DNA from: a virus
DNA: 64,000 nt
Strand: one strand, 5' to 3'
IMG/VR virus record: IMGVR_UViG_3300028374_000796
Shown: in pieces, positions 9,264-19,580 of the stretch
Numbering within the stretch: the first letter of the stretch is position 1
How the letters are laid out: every line of letters starts with the position of its first letter
Notes under the pieces: model-generated
What the model was told of the DNA's origin: nothing
Database searches by the model: none
What the model saw: the letters and a program-made list of their open reading frames with translations, nothing else
Program-made: the position numbers and the translations under genes

Positions 9264-12200
9264 TTAGCCACAAGAGCCATTTCCACAATCTAGGCATTTG
9301 TCGCAGCCTCCCTCGTAAATCAGATTCGGAGAGCCACATGCCTCACACTCTTTTCCAACCACTACCGTACCGTCCTCGATGTGAGACGTAAGAAACTTAC
9401 GGGCGGCAGTGAGGGTAGAGGCGATATAATCGCCTTCGATGTCTGTGAGTGCATGTACGACGGACACAATACCAATATTATGCCTGAGAGCCATACCAAT
9501 CATCTTACAGAGACGAACATGATGGAGATCGTCTTTGATCTTTTCCAACTGTTCATATACCAGATCAAAGTCAACCCCTTTTCCAATAAGGAGCTTGGTT
9601 ACACTTTTAACAGCTCTATTTAGAGAAACATATTCTCCATCTGCCATGTCATTTGTATGAACCCAAAAAGCAATTGGAAACTGATCATCATCGGGGAGAT
9701 AGGAAAGATGAAGATAATATTTATTACCTTCTGCTTTTACTTTTACCGTATCGCCGTTACTGAATTTGGGAGGCAATTTAGTATCCCTTACGATAACACC
9801 TTCGTCGGTAATCTCAGCGTCTTCGTCCAGTAAGCCCCTCTCTTTAAGTAATTCAGAGAGTGAACTAGCTGTAGATTTAGAGGTTGGTTCGGATCCCGAA
9901 ACTGCCAGTACGTTTTCCATGATCCCATCTCTGTAGGTAGTGAAGCCTACCAACTTGGCTTTCCATGCCTGAACATAGAGATCTTTGAACTCATCAAAGG
10001 GATAGTTCTTTGGTAAGTTACAGGTTTTAGATACTGACTGATCACAGCTTTCTTGGATAAGAGCTTGGACTTGAACATGCTCATTTACTTTAAGGTCTTG
10101 CGCTGTTGACAAATATTCTGCGTCCTGATCGATATCATTGGGAAAATGTTTTAGGACCCAACTATATCCATAGTCCTGTACTTTCTCTACAAAGCACAGT
10201 CCTCGGTTATGAGGTTCATAGTGCCACATCCTTCCGTTATACTCCCCTCTCCATGCGGTAGAATCTCCAACTTCCACTTCTTCAAGGATGTCTTTTACAT
10301 TGTCCCTTGTCAGACCGTGGGGCCACTTATCTGAAATTACAGTTCGATCATATCCGAAAGAGAAGACCGGCTCAATTCCATTTGATACCATATCACAAAT
10401 AACTGATGAGTTCCCTAGAGGCGGATTCGTCAGTCTTTTAGCATTCCTGAGACCATATTGACGAACCAATTCTTTGGTGCTGTCCGCTGCGGTACAGTAG
10501 TCCTTGAAATAAGGAGTATCCAGATATTTTTCCTCATACATTGGGAAAGGACCACGTTCTCTAGCCAAAAGAGCAGATGCTCTAAGGGTTTCATCATCCT
10601 TAGCCTGTTGAATTCTACGGACAAATTCATTACCTCCATCCCCACCATAGCGGATCCCCATCATAAACATGGCAGATCCCAGACCATTCACTCCCATTCC
10701 ATATTGACGGATGTTTTTAAGTGCCCAATCATATGCAGGAAGAGGAACCGCGCCGATATCATTCACATTATCTAACATTCGTGCAAAGGTATTAATAGCG
10801 TCTCTATAGCCTTCATAATCAAAAGACCTATCATCCCTTACAAATCTAGTGAGATTGACTGAGCCTAGCAGACAGACCGTTGTAAACCCGATGAGGTGGT
10901 TATCAAAATCTCCCATATAAGGTTCTAGATAGGGGGCTGGTTTGTATCCTTTATCCAAGTAGGAAGTTCCTGGAATTTCGCCACACCCTCTAGATACAAT
11001 ACCGTGCGTATTCCAGTCATCAGACTTAGGTTCATATAAATCGTAAACTGTATCCTTTCCATCTAGTTCAATGGATTCTATTTTCACCTTCCACTTTGTT
11101 CCAGTTAACTGCCTACCGCATACAATACTCTCTAACTGATCATGTTTATCCGGGTGTGAAATACCTCCGGTAAACCTATAAACAGCCTCAATACAATCAT
11201 TAGTTAAATGACCTTCATACACATCGTGATTCCGAACAACCTCTCTACCATAGATCGACCGAAGATCGCCCGCCTTAGCCACCTCATACAATTTATAATC
11301 AGCACCAGAGATCAAGCAAACTTCTCTAAAAAAGTTGTGCAATTTTTGACTAGTGCTTTTAAAACGGATGGACGGATATCGACTTGAACGATTAACATTA
11401 CCATCAGAACTAATTAATCCATCTAGAACCCCAGAGAGAAACTCTGAGTTACTATTCAACCACCATTCAGGGGGACATTTCTCATGAGAATATTGAAGGT
11501 TATCAAGACCTACTTTTTCAAAAAATTCAGAAGCTGCCTTAGACTGCACCCTCAAGTGCATCGCATTTCCTTCTGCGCTGTGGTCTTCACAAAAAGTCAT
11601 TCCTGCCTTTTCCAAAGCCCCCGTAAGATAAGAATTATCTTCGACTGAATTGGCAGACAAAATAAACCTTTTAAGTTCCGACCGACAACCATCCCCCAAC
11701 CAATATCCCGCTAGAAATCCATCGTTCCTAGTAAGATCTATTCTGTTAGTAGTTTTAAACCGATAAGGCTGCTTTCTAACATAATCCCCGACTTTCAAAT
11801 CCTTTAGGCGGACGGTATTATCCCATTTTTTACGGCAATTTGAATTCTGCATAACATGGAAAATATGTCCTTCAGTTACACGAAGAGAAGTACCGTCTGA
11901 AAACTTCACTAAATACACGGGACAGTCCTCATGTACTTCTATTTCCTGAACAGGATCAAAACCTAAAGATGTTTGGATTTTATCTCCAACCTTAACATCT
12001 TCAACAGGGACAAGACCTTTCTCCGTAGCAACTAAAGTACCTTTAGCAACGCAGGGATTACTTGCAGTAACAGGACCTAGATACACCAGGGGATTTTGAC
12101 GATTCATATTGTCAAAGAAAAGAACGCCGGGTTCTGCTCGGTTATAAGTAGACTCCATAATAAGATCGTAGAGTTCTACTGCTTTTACCTGCTTATAGGT

Positions 12201-13091
12201 CTTTCCTTCAAAATGAAGGTCATACATGGTATCGTTTTCTACAGCTTCCATGAAGGCATCATCTACCAGAACGCTGATATTGAATTTCGTGAGCTTTCCA
12301 CTTTCTTGCTTGGCTCTTACGAATTCTTCAATGTCGGGATGCCAGATAGGAAGGGCGGCTAACATAGCGCCTTTCCGGGGCATAACTTTTTCGATTCGAT
12401 CCTGCGTATCATCGTCCAGATGATTAGTTAGACGATCCTCGTAGCCATCATTATCTCCTTTAACGATCATAGCAGACATTTTGTCCCATAGTTCCATATA
12501 AGAAACTACTCCGGGATGACGAATGCCAACCCCTTTGATCAGAGTTCCACGGGGACGAATGAATCCAAAATTGATTCCGTATCCGCCTTCGCTTTTTAGA
12601 GTGTCTGCTGCTTCCAGTAGAGACAAGAAAATATTAGTGAGAGAATCCGGTGTTTGATCCGTTTCCATATCACAAACGATCTTAGCATCTGTATTAGGAA
12701 CGCTCTTTGCGTAAGAAATCTTAGCGTCAGAAACAGGAGAATTTATGAAGCAATTAAGTAGAGTTGCTTTATCAAAGATTGTTCCTGCATTCGCAGTAAT
12801 ACGTCCCCCTGTGGTGCATTTAAGGCCGTCTGCGACCCATCGTTCCCCTTCCAGATCTACATAAAAGTCTTCACCACCTTTGTCAGATTCCTTAGCAGGT
12901 TTAAAATCCACCAACGTTTTCAAAAATCGATCGTACCATACTTCTACTTCTTTTTCTGTAGCTTCATAATGGGATCTTTCCACTTCTGCCAGGGCCCTAG
13001 CAACTCTTTGAAAAGTTTCAAGGGGTGTTTCGTCTCCGAATCTATATTTAGTCTCCCAGTTTTCGCGTGCTAAAAGGGTTTTAAAAATCAT
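9264..13091 (-). CDS. nrdJ: Class II (AdoCbl-dependent) ribonucleotide reductase with an intein
   Basis: GGRITANAG, LLNCF, EGGYGINFGFIRPRG, FNISV, EPGVLF, NP|CGE split by the intein, CLLGSVNL, PPLGNSS, VSKTCNLP, C-terminal zinc ribbon. Confidence 0.95.
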   Translation of the reverse strand: MIFKTLLARENWETKYRFGDETPLETFQRVARALAEVERSHYEATEKEVEVWYDRFLKTLVDFKPAKESDKGGEDFYVDLEGERWVADGLKCTTGGRITANAGTIFDKATLLNCFINSPVSDAKISYAKSVPNTDAKIVCDMETDQTPDSLTNIFLSLLEAADTLKSEGGYGINFGFIRPRGTLIKGVGIRHPGVVSYMELWDKMSAMIVKGDNDGYEDRLTNHLDDDTQDRIEKVMPRKGAMLAALPIWHPDIEEFVRAKQESGKLTKFNISVLVDDAFMEAVENDTMYDLHFEGKTYKQVKAVELYDLIMESTYNRAEPGVLFFDNMNRQNPLVYLGPVTASNPCVAKGTLVATEKGLVPVEDVKVGDKIQTSLGFDPVQEIEVHEDCPVYLVKFSDGTSLRVTEGHIFHVMQNSNCRKKWDNTVRLKDLKVGDYVRKQPYRFKTTNRIDLTRNDGFLAGYWLGDGCRSELKRFILSANSVEDNSYLTGALEKAGMTFCEDHSAEGNAMHLRVQSKAASEFFEKVGLDNLQYSHEKCPPEWWLNSNSEFLSGVLDGLISSDGNVNRSSRYPSIRFKSTSQKLHNFFREVCLISGADYKLYEVAKAGDLRSIYGREVVRNHDVYEGHLTNDCIEAVYRFTGGISHPDKHDQLESIVCGRQLTGTKWKVKIESIELDGKDTVYDLYEPKSDDWNTHGIVSRGCGEIPGTSYLDKGYKPAPYLEPYMGDFDNHLIGFTTVCLLGSVNLTRFVRDDRSFDYEGYRDAINTFARMLDNVNDIGAVPLPAYDWALKNIRQYGMGVNGLGSAMFMMGIRYGGDGGNEFVRRIQQAKDDETLRASALLARERGPFPMYEEKYLDTPYFKDYCTAADSTKELVRQYGLRNAKRLTNPPLGNSSVICDMVSNGIEPVFSFGYDRTVISDKWPHGLTRDNVKDILEEVEVGDSTAWRGEYNGRMWHYEPHNRGLCFVEKVQDYGYSWVLKHFPNDIDQDAEYLSTAQDLKVNEHVQVQALIQESCDQSVSKTCNLPKNYPFDEFKDLYVQAWKAKLVGFTTYRDGIMENVLAVSGSEPTSKSTASSLSELLKERGLLDEDAEITDEGVIVRDTKLPPKFSNGDTVKVKAEGNKYYLHLSYLPDDDQFPIAFWVHTNDMADGEYVSLNRAVKSVTKLLIGKGVDFDLVYEQLEKIKDDLHHVRLCKMIGMALRHNIGIVSVVHALTDIEGDYIASTLTAARKFLTSHIEDGTVVVGKECEACGSPNLIYEGGCDKCLDCGNGSCG
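10986..12053 (-). mobile_element. Intein with LAGLIDADG homing endonuclease (356 aa), atypical C-terminus
   Basis: Starts CVAKGTLV after extein ASNP; LAGLIDADG-like GFLAGYWLGDG and LDGLISSDG; ends TVYDLYEPKSDDWNTHGIVSRG before extein CGEIP. Confidence 0.92.
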
Positions 13092-13150
13092 ACGTGTGAC
13101 TCCGTGTGGACAGATTTTTTCTACTGCCCTATCTATATAAAGGTTGTCGT

Positions 13151-14152
13151 TCAGTTGTGAATAATGAAACTCTGGAGTAAAAGGCGTCCGGGTTTCCCCA
13201 TTTTGGACTTCGCTTCTACGTCGCAGATAGTTCGATATGCCTTAAGCAATTCTTCGATGTTGCGGGTACTAATCTGGTCAGATACTTTATTGTCAAAAAT
13301 CCATTTGGATAAACCAAGTTCTGCTGCTATCTGACTGTCACCTGTTCCTGCATCTCTTAGGGATCTAGCTTTCAGGAGGTTCTCTATTCTATCAAAGAAT
13401 CCTCGAATTATTACTAACTCGGATCGGACCCACTGTGTCTCAGGGGTCTTTTCAAAATGACGGGCCATAAATTGGAGGGCAACATTCTTATTTCCCAATC
13501 CCCAATGCCGTACAATCTCAAAAGGAGATAAAGCACTTTGACTATAAAGAACCGCCTGAATATCCTCAGGCTCGATGATTTTCCTCTCGCCACAATAGAT
13601 AGCTACTTTATCTAATTCATTAGAAAGAGAAGGGAGAGAATTACCGACATTCATTACAATGGCTTCTGCAAAATCCTTTTTAAGTCGTAACCCTCTTTGG
13701 TTTGCTTCTTCCACTAACCATTCTCCCAGATTCCAGTCTTTAATCGTGTCACATTTAAGGGTATCAACGACTTTAAGAGACTTAAACCATTTCGCATCTC
13801 TCCCCCGATCGGTAGAGACAAAAACTACCACTTTATCCGTAGAAGGATTTTTGCAGTAGGCTTTTAGAAGTTTCTGGTTTTTTATTTTATTAGCATCCCT
13901 AACTACTATTAGTTTTTTCATAGAAAGAAAAGAGGCAGTTGCCTCTAAAAGGGCAGGTTCTAGCTCCTCATCGTCATCGCCGCCAACATAGGATTCATAA
14001 TGGTGATTCGGAAGAAGAATTTTGGCTCTAGCTAATTCTCTATCCTTAAAAAAAGATTCATTACCTAGAAATGAAACGACTTTAGGTTCGGAACTCCAAT
14101 CTATTTTTTTAATTGTCATCATTAAGCCCCTCTCTTCCTGTAAGGATCGCAT
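13151..14152 (-). CDS. holA: DNA polymerase III delta-like clamp-loader subunit
   Basis: SFL...KLIVVRDAN, VGNSLPSLSNELDKVAIY, IEPEDIQAV and C-terminal helical pattern typical of HolA; adjacent to holB. Confidence 0.8.
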   Translation of the reverse strand: MRSLQEERGLMMTIKKIDWSSEPKVVSFLGNESFFKDRELARAKILLPNHHYESYVGGDDDEELEPALLEATASFLSMKKLIVVRDANKIKNQKLLKAYCKNPSTDKVVVFVSTDRGRDAKWFKSLKVVDTLKCDTIKDWNLGEWLVEEANQRGLRLKKDFAEAIVMNVGNSLPSLSNELDKVAIYCGERKIIEPEDIQAVLYSQSALSPFEIVRHWGLGNKNVALQFMARHFEKTPETQWVRSELVIIRGFFDRIENLLKARSLRDAGTGDSQIAAELGLSKWIFDNKVSDQISTRNIEELLKAYRTICDVEAKSKMGKPGRLLLQSFIIHN

Positions 14153-15134
14153 TCTGTAATTGATGAGAAAAAGCCAACCCTCGTCGGTCTCTTAGATCAT
14201 GCAAATTTTTGAAAGCATCAAACACTCGATAGGATTTATCTTCCCAGTCCTCTTTAATAAAGAGAACGTCTTCTAGACGATCTTGATTCAGGATTTTTTC
14301 TATATTTTCTTCCAACAAAAGAACATCGTGAACGATCCCAAATAAGAAATCAAAAAATAAGGGTTGGTCATCTTCTGGAATTTTCCCTATAAATTTTAGA
14401 ACTATGTGGACGGGAGTCCTTCTTAGATTTTTGAAAAGACTGAAAGCTCGATTCCTTAGTTCAAACCCCGTAAGGGATTCCTCTTTGGAGGGCTGTACTA
14501 ACCTCAGGGCGCGATCTAAAGAACCCGAGCATAATCGAGAGGCAAGTATCTTTTCGTCTTCATCGAGTTCTTCTGGAGCGTCCAGAAGGTCATAGATGAT
14601 GTCGTCACTCAATGGAGCGAAATGAGTGGTCACTGTTCGGGATCTAAGAGTAGGGAAAACCAGTTCCAAATTGGTTACCGTGAAGATAAAAAGTGTATCC
14701 TCGAAACCATCCTCAATCGTTTTTAGGAGAGCATCACTTTGTTTATGCGAAGGAAAGTCCTGAATATCACCAAAAATGATAACCCGCTTTCGGGCTTCTG
14801 CTCTGGGCTTATTAGCCTCCTCCAATGATTCACGAATTACATCTATCTTAAAAGAAGATTCATCCTCTTCTTTTTTGAAAACATGGATATCAGGATGTGT
14901 GCCAGAATCAACCATTGAAATTAATCTCTGGTCTGTTTCAAAATCTCCGGTCATATTAATATGCTTTGCGTATTGCAGGGCGCAAAATAATTTCCCTGTA
15001 CCCTCTCTACCGTAAAAAAGTAATGCTTTTGGCCATTTCTTATTTGAGTGTAGATCTTTTAGATATGAGACAGTTTGGGACTGTCCCTTTACCTTATCTA
15101 AAGGGTAAATATTTTTTGAGGATGATGAATTCAT
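14109..15134 (-). CDS. holB: DNA polymerase III delta-prime-like clamp-loader subunit
   Basis: GQ..TV..L, ALLFYGREGTGK, HPDIH, IDVIR, ALLKTIED, PTLRSR (SRC-like motif). Confidence 0.88.
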   Translation of the reverse strand: MNSSSSKNIYPLDKVKGQSQTVSYLKDLHSNKKWPKALLFYGREGTGKLFCALQYAKHINMTGDFETDQRLISMVDSGTHPDIHVFKKEEDESSFKIDVIRESLEEANKPRAEARKRVIIFGDIQDFPSHKQSDALLKTIEDGFEDTLFIFTVTNLELVFPTLRSRTVTTHFAPLSDDIIYDLLDAPEELDEDEKILASRLCSGSLDRALRLVQPSKEESLTGFELRNRAFSLFKNLRRTPVHIVLKFIGKIPEDDQPLFFDFLFGIVHDVLLLEENIEKILNQDRLEDVLFIKEDWEDKSYRVFDAFKNLHDLRDRRGLAFSHQLQNAILTGREGLNDDN

Positions 15135-15223
15135 ATTCGTAGGTCTTAAAGAGTAATATCGTGGGTAGTGTTCTACTACCTCCAGAACTACTCAGACCTA
15201 CCCTTTGTTCCAAACCAAAATAC

Positions 15224-15254
15224 AAAATCCCAAGCCGTATATGACTTGGGATTT
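15224..15254 (-). terminator. Probable intrinsic terminator
   Basis: AAATCCCAAG / CTTGGGATTT perfect 10-bp stem in an intergenic gap. Confidence 0.55.
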
Positions 15255-15280
15255 CTAACTAGATGATATGTAAAAAGATT

Positions 15281-15559
15281 TTACATACTAAATGAACCAC
15301 CTTTGGAAATGGTCCAGGACCCATTGCATTCACTACATCTATATCGTACCCACTTCCGATCCCTAGGATCTTCCGTCATAAGAGCGCTATCACCTTCGCA
15401 GTCTGCCCTGGCCCTACAAGATACATGTACAATTCTCTGCTCAAGTAACTGACGCTGACCAAAAATCTTCTCAGGATCTTTGGAGGGTTCCTCTACCTCA
15501 GTCTCTTCTTCAGTTTCTTCCTCAATTTCTTGCGATTCTGTTTTATCTTCTTCGCTCAT
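15281..15559 (-). CDS. Small zinc-ribbon protein with acidic N-terminus
   Basis: CRARADC and CSEC motifs. Confidence 0.7.
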   Translation of the reverse strand: MSEEDKTESQEIEEETEEETEVEEPSKDPEKIFGQRQLLEQRIVHVSCRARADCEGDSALMTEDPRDRKWVRYRCSECNGSWTISKGGSFSM

Positions 15560-15572
15560 AATGGATTATACC

Positions 15573-15908
15573 TCATAATTCCTCAAAAGGAGGAAATTTT
15601 TGATTAACTGCATCTCTAACTAATTCTTCAAAAGCCTCCATGTCCTGTCGGTCCCAGGCCCTTCGGAGGCTCGCATTAAATGGAGGGTTTTCAAAAAGGT
15701 CTAAAAGTCTATCAAAATCTGCTCGGGTGATCTTCTCCTGCTGGTTAGAATTAGAGGGAGAAAATAAAACAAATCCTCTTTTGGGAGAAAAATTAACCGC
15801 CCAATCTTCACTAGACTTAAAAAAAGATTTGGCAAATTTTAAAACGATCGGATATGCTTTGTCCTGTGACAAGGACTGCGTATATCGCATTTTTTTAGAT
15901 TCGGACAT
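15573..15908 (-). CDS. Hypothetical protein
   Basis: 111-aa ORF in a co-oriented cluster. Confidence 0.7.
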   Translation of the reverse strand: MSESKKMRYTQSLSQDKAYPIVLKFAKSFFKSSEDWAVNFSPKRGFVLFSPSNSNQQEKITRADFDRLLDLFENPPFNASLRRAWDRQDMEAFEELVRDAVNQKFPPFEEL

Positions 15909-15953
15909 AAAAACCTTGCTCTTATTTAGATACCTAAGTATAAAATTAGAACT

Positions 15954-16613
15954 TTATGAATCATTGTCCGGTCTATTTTTCATTTCCTGGAGCTTTTCCT
16001 CAGCATGTGCGTACAGAATCTCTGCCACTGCAATATATGAAATTACTTTTTGCTCGTCATCCCAATGCGAGGTTGAATAAAGAAATTCTGCGGTGATTTC
16101 CGAAATAGATTTGGCCGCAGAATCGAGTCTCTGCTCTAATACTTTTTTCACTTCCAGAACGGTTTCCATATTCGAGGTATGAATAGGATAAACGCCGAAA
16201 GGATATTGAAGTCTGGCGAGTGTTAATTGATCCTCGTTTTCAGTATCTTCAAATTCTGAAAATATATCCTGAAAAACGTCTTCCCTAATTTCGGGAGTAA
16301 TGTCATCAAACCTGGTATATGGATCCCCTCCAATATGAGACTGCATTAGATGATCAAGACGATCCAGTGTGTCTTTTTGAAGGAAAACAGGAACTCGATT
16401 ATCAGAAACGTGTGAAGGAATGAATGGACGTTCTCCCGAGGATGCGATGAAAAAAGAATCAGGGAAATTATTATAAATATCATTGACCGCAGTCAATCCT
16501 AGATTGAACTCTTTTACCATTCGTTTCAAAAGGGTAACTCGGTCGCCTTTATAATTATCTTCCCAAAACTTCATCTGTTTGGGGCTAACTTTAACTTTTA
16601 ATGAACTGGACAT
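15954..16613 (-). CDS. Hypothetical protein
   Basis: 219-aa ORF, GGAGA RBS upstream. Confidence 0.75.
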   Translation of the reverse strand: MSSSLKVKVSPKQMKFWEDNYKGDRVTLLKRMVKEFNLGLTAVNDIYNNFPDSFFIASSGERPFIPSHVSDNRVPVFLQKDTLDRLDHLMQSHIGGDPYTRFDDITPEIREDVFQDIFSEFEDTENEDQLTLARLQYPFGVYPIHTSNMETVLEVKKVLEQRLDSAAKSISEITAEFLYSTSHWDDEQKVISYIAVAEILYAHAEEKLQEMKNRPDNDS

Positions 16614-16701
16614 TGCCTAACTCTCCGTAGCAGGTGATTACTTAATTTTTCTGAGATTAAATTATCATGATCGAAGGGAAAAATCAAGGATCAATAGAGG
16701 A

Positions 16702-16932
16702 TCAATCGACAACCTCAAGAACCACCCTCTGAGTATAAGGAACTCCTGCGCTACTATCATAAACATGAAGATGATCAACCACCTTAAACAAGCCTTTAAT
16801 TTTTCCAAAGGTAGGAATTGTAAAAGATAAATGGATTCGATCATCCAGATATAGGGCGGGAAGCTCAATAGTATAAGCTTCCTCACCCCATACCGTTGGG
16901 GATAAAATCTCTGTTTTAATTAAAGCGTTCAT
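16702..16932 (-). CDS. Small hypothetical protein
   Basis: ATGA-type overlap with the upstream gene. Confidence 0.6.
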   Translation of the reverse strand: MNALIKTEILSPTVWGEEAYTIELPALYLDDRIHLSFTIPTFGKIKGLFKVVDHLHVYDSSAGVPYTQRVVLEVVD

Positions 16933-18215
16933 TTTTTAATAAAGACTTCAGACACATCAGGATCGGTCTTCCAAAGTTTCTCCAAATCCTCGTTTTGGTA
17001 TTCAGTAAGGTCATCTTCGTCGACACCCTCAAAACTTTCGGCAGTAGAGCTTGGGGTTGTCGACTGATTTCCTTCAAACAGGAAGGTGAAATTGCCGTCA
17101 CCGTCTTCCTGGATCTCAGTAACCGACATGGCATATTGAGCGTCTGCTCTTTTCCTAGAAGAGAATTTAGGAATCTTGATATCCAACATACCTTGATCGA
17201 TCATATCATTAAGCATGTTGACCATCTGTTCCCTACCAACGGTCACATTGGTAGTTACAGTCGAAGGTACGATGGTAGTTACAGGACCTTTCTCTACAAC
17301 TTTGGGGGCGCTTGAAACTCTTTCCAAGAAAGGCTTGTTCTTACTTTCACTATTTCCAAACCTTGAATTGGGCGAAGTAGCTTTTACTCCTTCCATCGAA
17401 GATGTGAAGGCCTTCTCATTTTTAGCTTCCTTCTTGGGAGTTGTGGGGGCAGTAGGGGTAGCGACGACGCTTTGCCTTAACTCTGAAATGGAAAAAGTGT
17501 TTCCTTTTCCATTGAATTTTTTATTGAAAAGTGTCTCCATCCTATCTTCAAAATCTTTTTCGGTATCTTGAATCCCTTTGATAAGGTCTTCACTCTGAGA
17601 GTCTATATCCCCTTCAGTAAACAGTTCACTGAACATTTTTCTAGCTTTTTCCCCTGTATATGTATAAACTTTAGGAGTCTCTACGTCTACGTCTAACGTG
17701 TCTGAAAAGAACTGAAGGGCTTGGCCTTCTAATGCTTCTTTAAGTCGGTTACGGTTTCCCTCAGAAAGCCCAGGAACATTATCAATGGTGTTTCGAAGGT
17801 CCTGTTCATGGTCTACATCATCACCTTCAAATATAGCAAGCTTTTCGATGAGAACAAAATCTTTGAGAACGTCTAATAAGACCTCCAGATTATCTGCATC
17901 TTCATAGTTTCTCAGATGCTCGATTTCGATAAACTCGGCCACTTCTTCAAAATAGGAAGATAATTTCTTTTTAAGATCCCTGTGCGTCTTAGGAATTCGT
18001 TCCAAAGACATTTCCGGTACTTCACCTTTATAGATGCCCAGGTTATTATAAATTCTCTTAAATTCAAAGACATTATAACGAATATCCTCCATGTTGACAA
18101 CATTGATTAGAGATTCTAGTTCGCCCAGAAAATCTAACTGTGCTGTACTTACAGTGACCTTATCATGTTTAAGTTCATCTACGGCTTCTACCAGGTTTTC
18201 AGTGTCTCTTTGCAT
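16929..18215 (-). CDS. Hypothetical acidic protein
   Basis: 428-aa ORF, GGAG RBS. Confidence 0.8.
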   Translation of the reverse strand: MQRDTENLVEAVDELKHDKVTVSTAQLDFLGELESLINVVNMEDIRYNVFEFKRIYNNLGIYKGEVPEMSLERIPKTHRDLKKKLSSYFEEVAEFIEIEHLRNYEDADNLEVLLDVLKDFVLIEKLAIFEGDDVDHEQDLRNTIDNVPGLSEGNRNRLKEALEGQALQFFSDTLDVDVETPKVYTYTGEKARKMFSELFTEGDIDSQSEDLIKGIQDTEKDFEDRMETLFNKKFNGKGNTFSISELRQSVVATPTAPTTPKKEAKNEKAFTSSMEGVKATSPNSRFGNSESKNKPFLERVSSAPKVVEKGPVTTIVPSTVTTNVTVGREQMVNMLNDMIDQGMLDIKIPKFSSRKRADAQYAMSVTEIQEDGDGNFTFLFEGNQSTTPSSTAESFEGVDEDDLTEYQNEDLEKLWKTDPDVSEVFIKK

Positions 18216-18246
18216 AATATCGTACTCCTTTCTATTTTAGGATAAA

Positions 18247-18810
18247 TTAAGATTCTTCATTAATGTGAACTGGGTCGGTCACAGCTAAGTTCGTTGTTGC
18301 TTTCTTGAAAAGTCCTCGGTCTTTTAAGTGAAGGACAAACTCCTGAACACTCTTAGCGTCTCTTAGAGACGAGCTTTCCTGACGCAACTTTTTAAGAAGG
18401 TCAATAGAAAATACGATTTTATGCTCTTCATAAATAAGAGCGGCTACATCTCTAACTAAATGATCTTCTCCATCATTTTCCTGAGAAGATATGAAAGTAA
18501 AAGGTTCTTCAACCCCCCCGCTTTCAACTCTCATTCGATCATAACAAAAAACGATCTCGTTATGATCTTCATTTTTATCAATCTGAATCTCTCGAAAAAC
18601 AAAGAATACATCTCCATCACATAAACGATCGGGACTGGGAGGAGTTTCAGGTAGGATGGTTAGATCAACAGGACATTCATTATCATTAGGATCTGTATTC
18701 CTTTGTAACCACATAAGTAATTGTGCAAACCTACCCTGTGAAAAGGGAACTAATAATGAACCCACTCTTTTGACTTCTAAATTTTTTCGTTTGGATTTAG
18801 ATTCCTTCAT
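18247..18810 (-). CDS. Hypothetical protein
   Basis: 187-aa ORF. Confidence 0.75.
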   Translation of the reverse strand: MKESKSKRKNLEVKRVGSLLVPFSQGRFAQLLMWLQRNTDPNDNECPVDLTILPETPPSPDRLCDGDVFFVFREIQIDKNEDHNEIVFCYDRMRVESGGVEEPFTFISSQENDGEDHLVRDVAALIYEEHKIVFSIDLLKKLRQESSSLRDAKSVQEFVLHLKDRGLFKKATTNLAVTDPVHINEES

Positions 18811-18818
18811 AATACTAG

Positions 18819-19091
18819 TTACTCCTTGATATCTAGAATGATCGCTCGATTCCTTCTACCACCAATAGCGTTGAAGATAGTTTTCATACTTTCAATGATG
18901 ATTCCACCTCTCCCAATAATTTTTCCTCTATCATCAGGAACTACATCAATAGAAAGAACTGTAGTAGAAGAAGTTTCTGTTACTTCTATCTCTACTTCCT
19001 CAGGAACGGCTACTAAATTTTTAATGATATTTTCAAGCAGAAGCTCAGGACTTTCAGGATCTTCAAATTCGTACATCATTTTGGACTCCAA
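18819..19091 (-). CDS. KH-domain RNA-binding protein (KhpA/YlqC-like)
   Basis: LV..PEEVEI...V.PDDRGKIIGRGG.II..MKTI: GxxG loop and single-KH layout. Confidence 0.88.
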   Translation of the reverse strand: MESKMMYEFEDPESPELLLENIIKNLVAVPEEVEIEVTETSSTTVLSIDVVPDDRGKIIGRGGIIIESMKTIFNAIGGRRNRAIILDIKE

Positions 19092-19462
19092 GTGTAGATT
19101 ATTTTCGTCTTATCAAGAAGACTCATGTCCTCTCTCACTATACTATACGATGAAATTTAGAATAGCACCTGAAAAAAGACAAAATAATCCATCTAACTTA
19201 TCAAAAAATCGTAAAATCTAATGATAGCACATACATTTAACCCCAACCACAATACTCTCTAACAAGATCCTAGTTTTAGAATCTTGTTTTTATCTATCTT
19301 CTACTTCGATACAACCTCTATCAAAACTCATTTTCATTTCTATCTACTTCATTACTTTCGAGAACAACCGTTTACTACTTTTACTTCATCTACTTCATTT
19401 ACAACTATAAACACCGTTAACACTAATGCTACCGCTGTTATTACTATTTCTACTGTTATACT

Positions 19463-19580
19463 TACTTCTGGTTCTACACTTGCTTTTACTTCTGGTTCTA
19501 CTTATACTGCTGTTTTTACTTTTGCTTTTACTTCTGGTTCTACTTATACTGCTGTTTTTACTTTTGCTTTTACTTTTGCT
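19463..19580. repeat. 42-bp tandem repeat (2 full units plus partial units) in a low-complexity non-coding tract
   Basis: TTTTACTTCTGGTTCTACTTATACTGCTGTTTTTACTTTTGC at 19484-19525 and 19526-19567. Confidence 0.9.
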
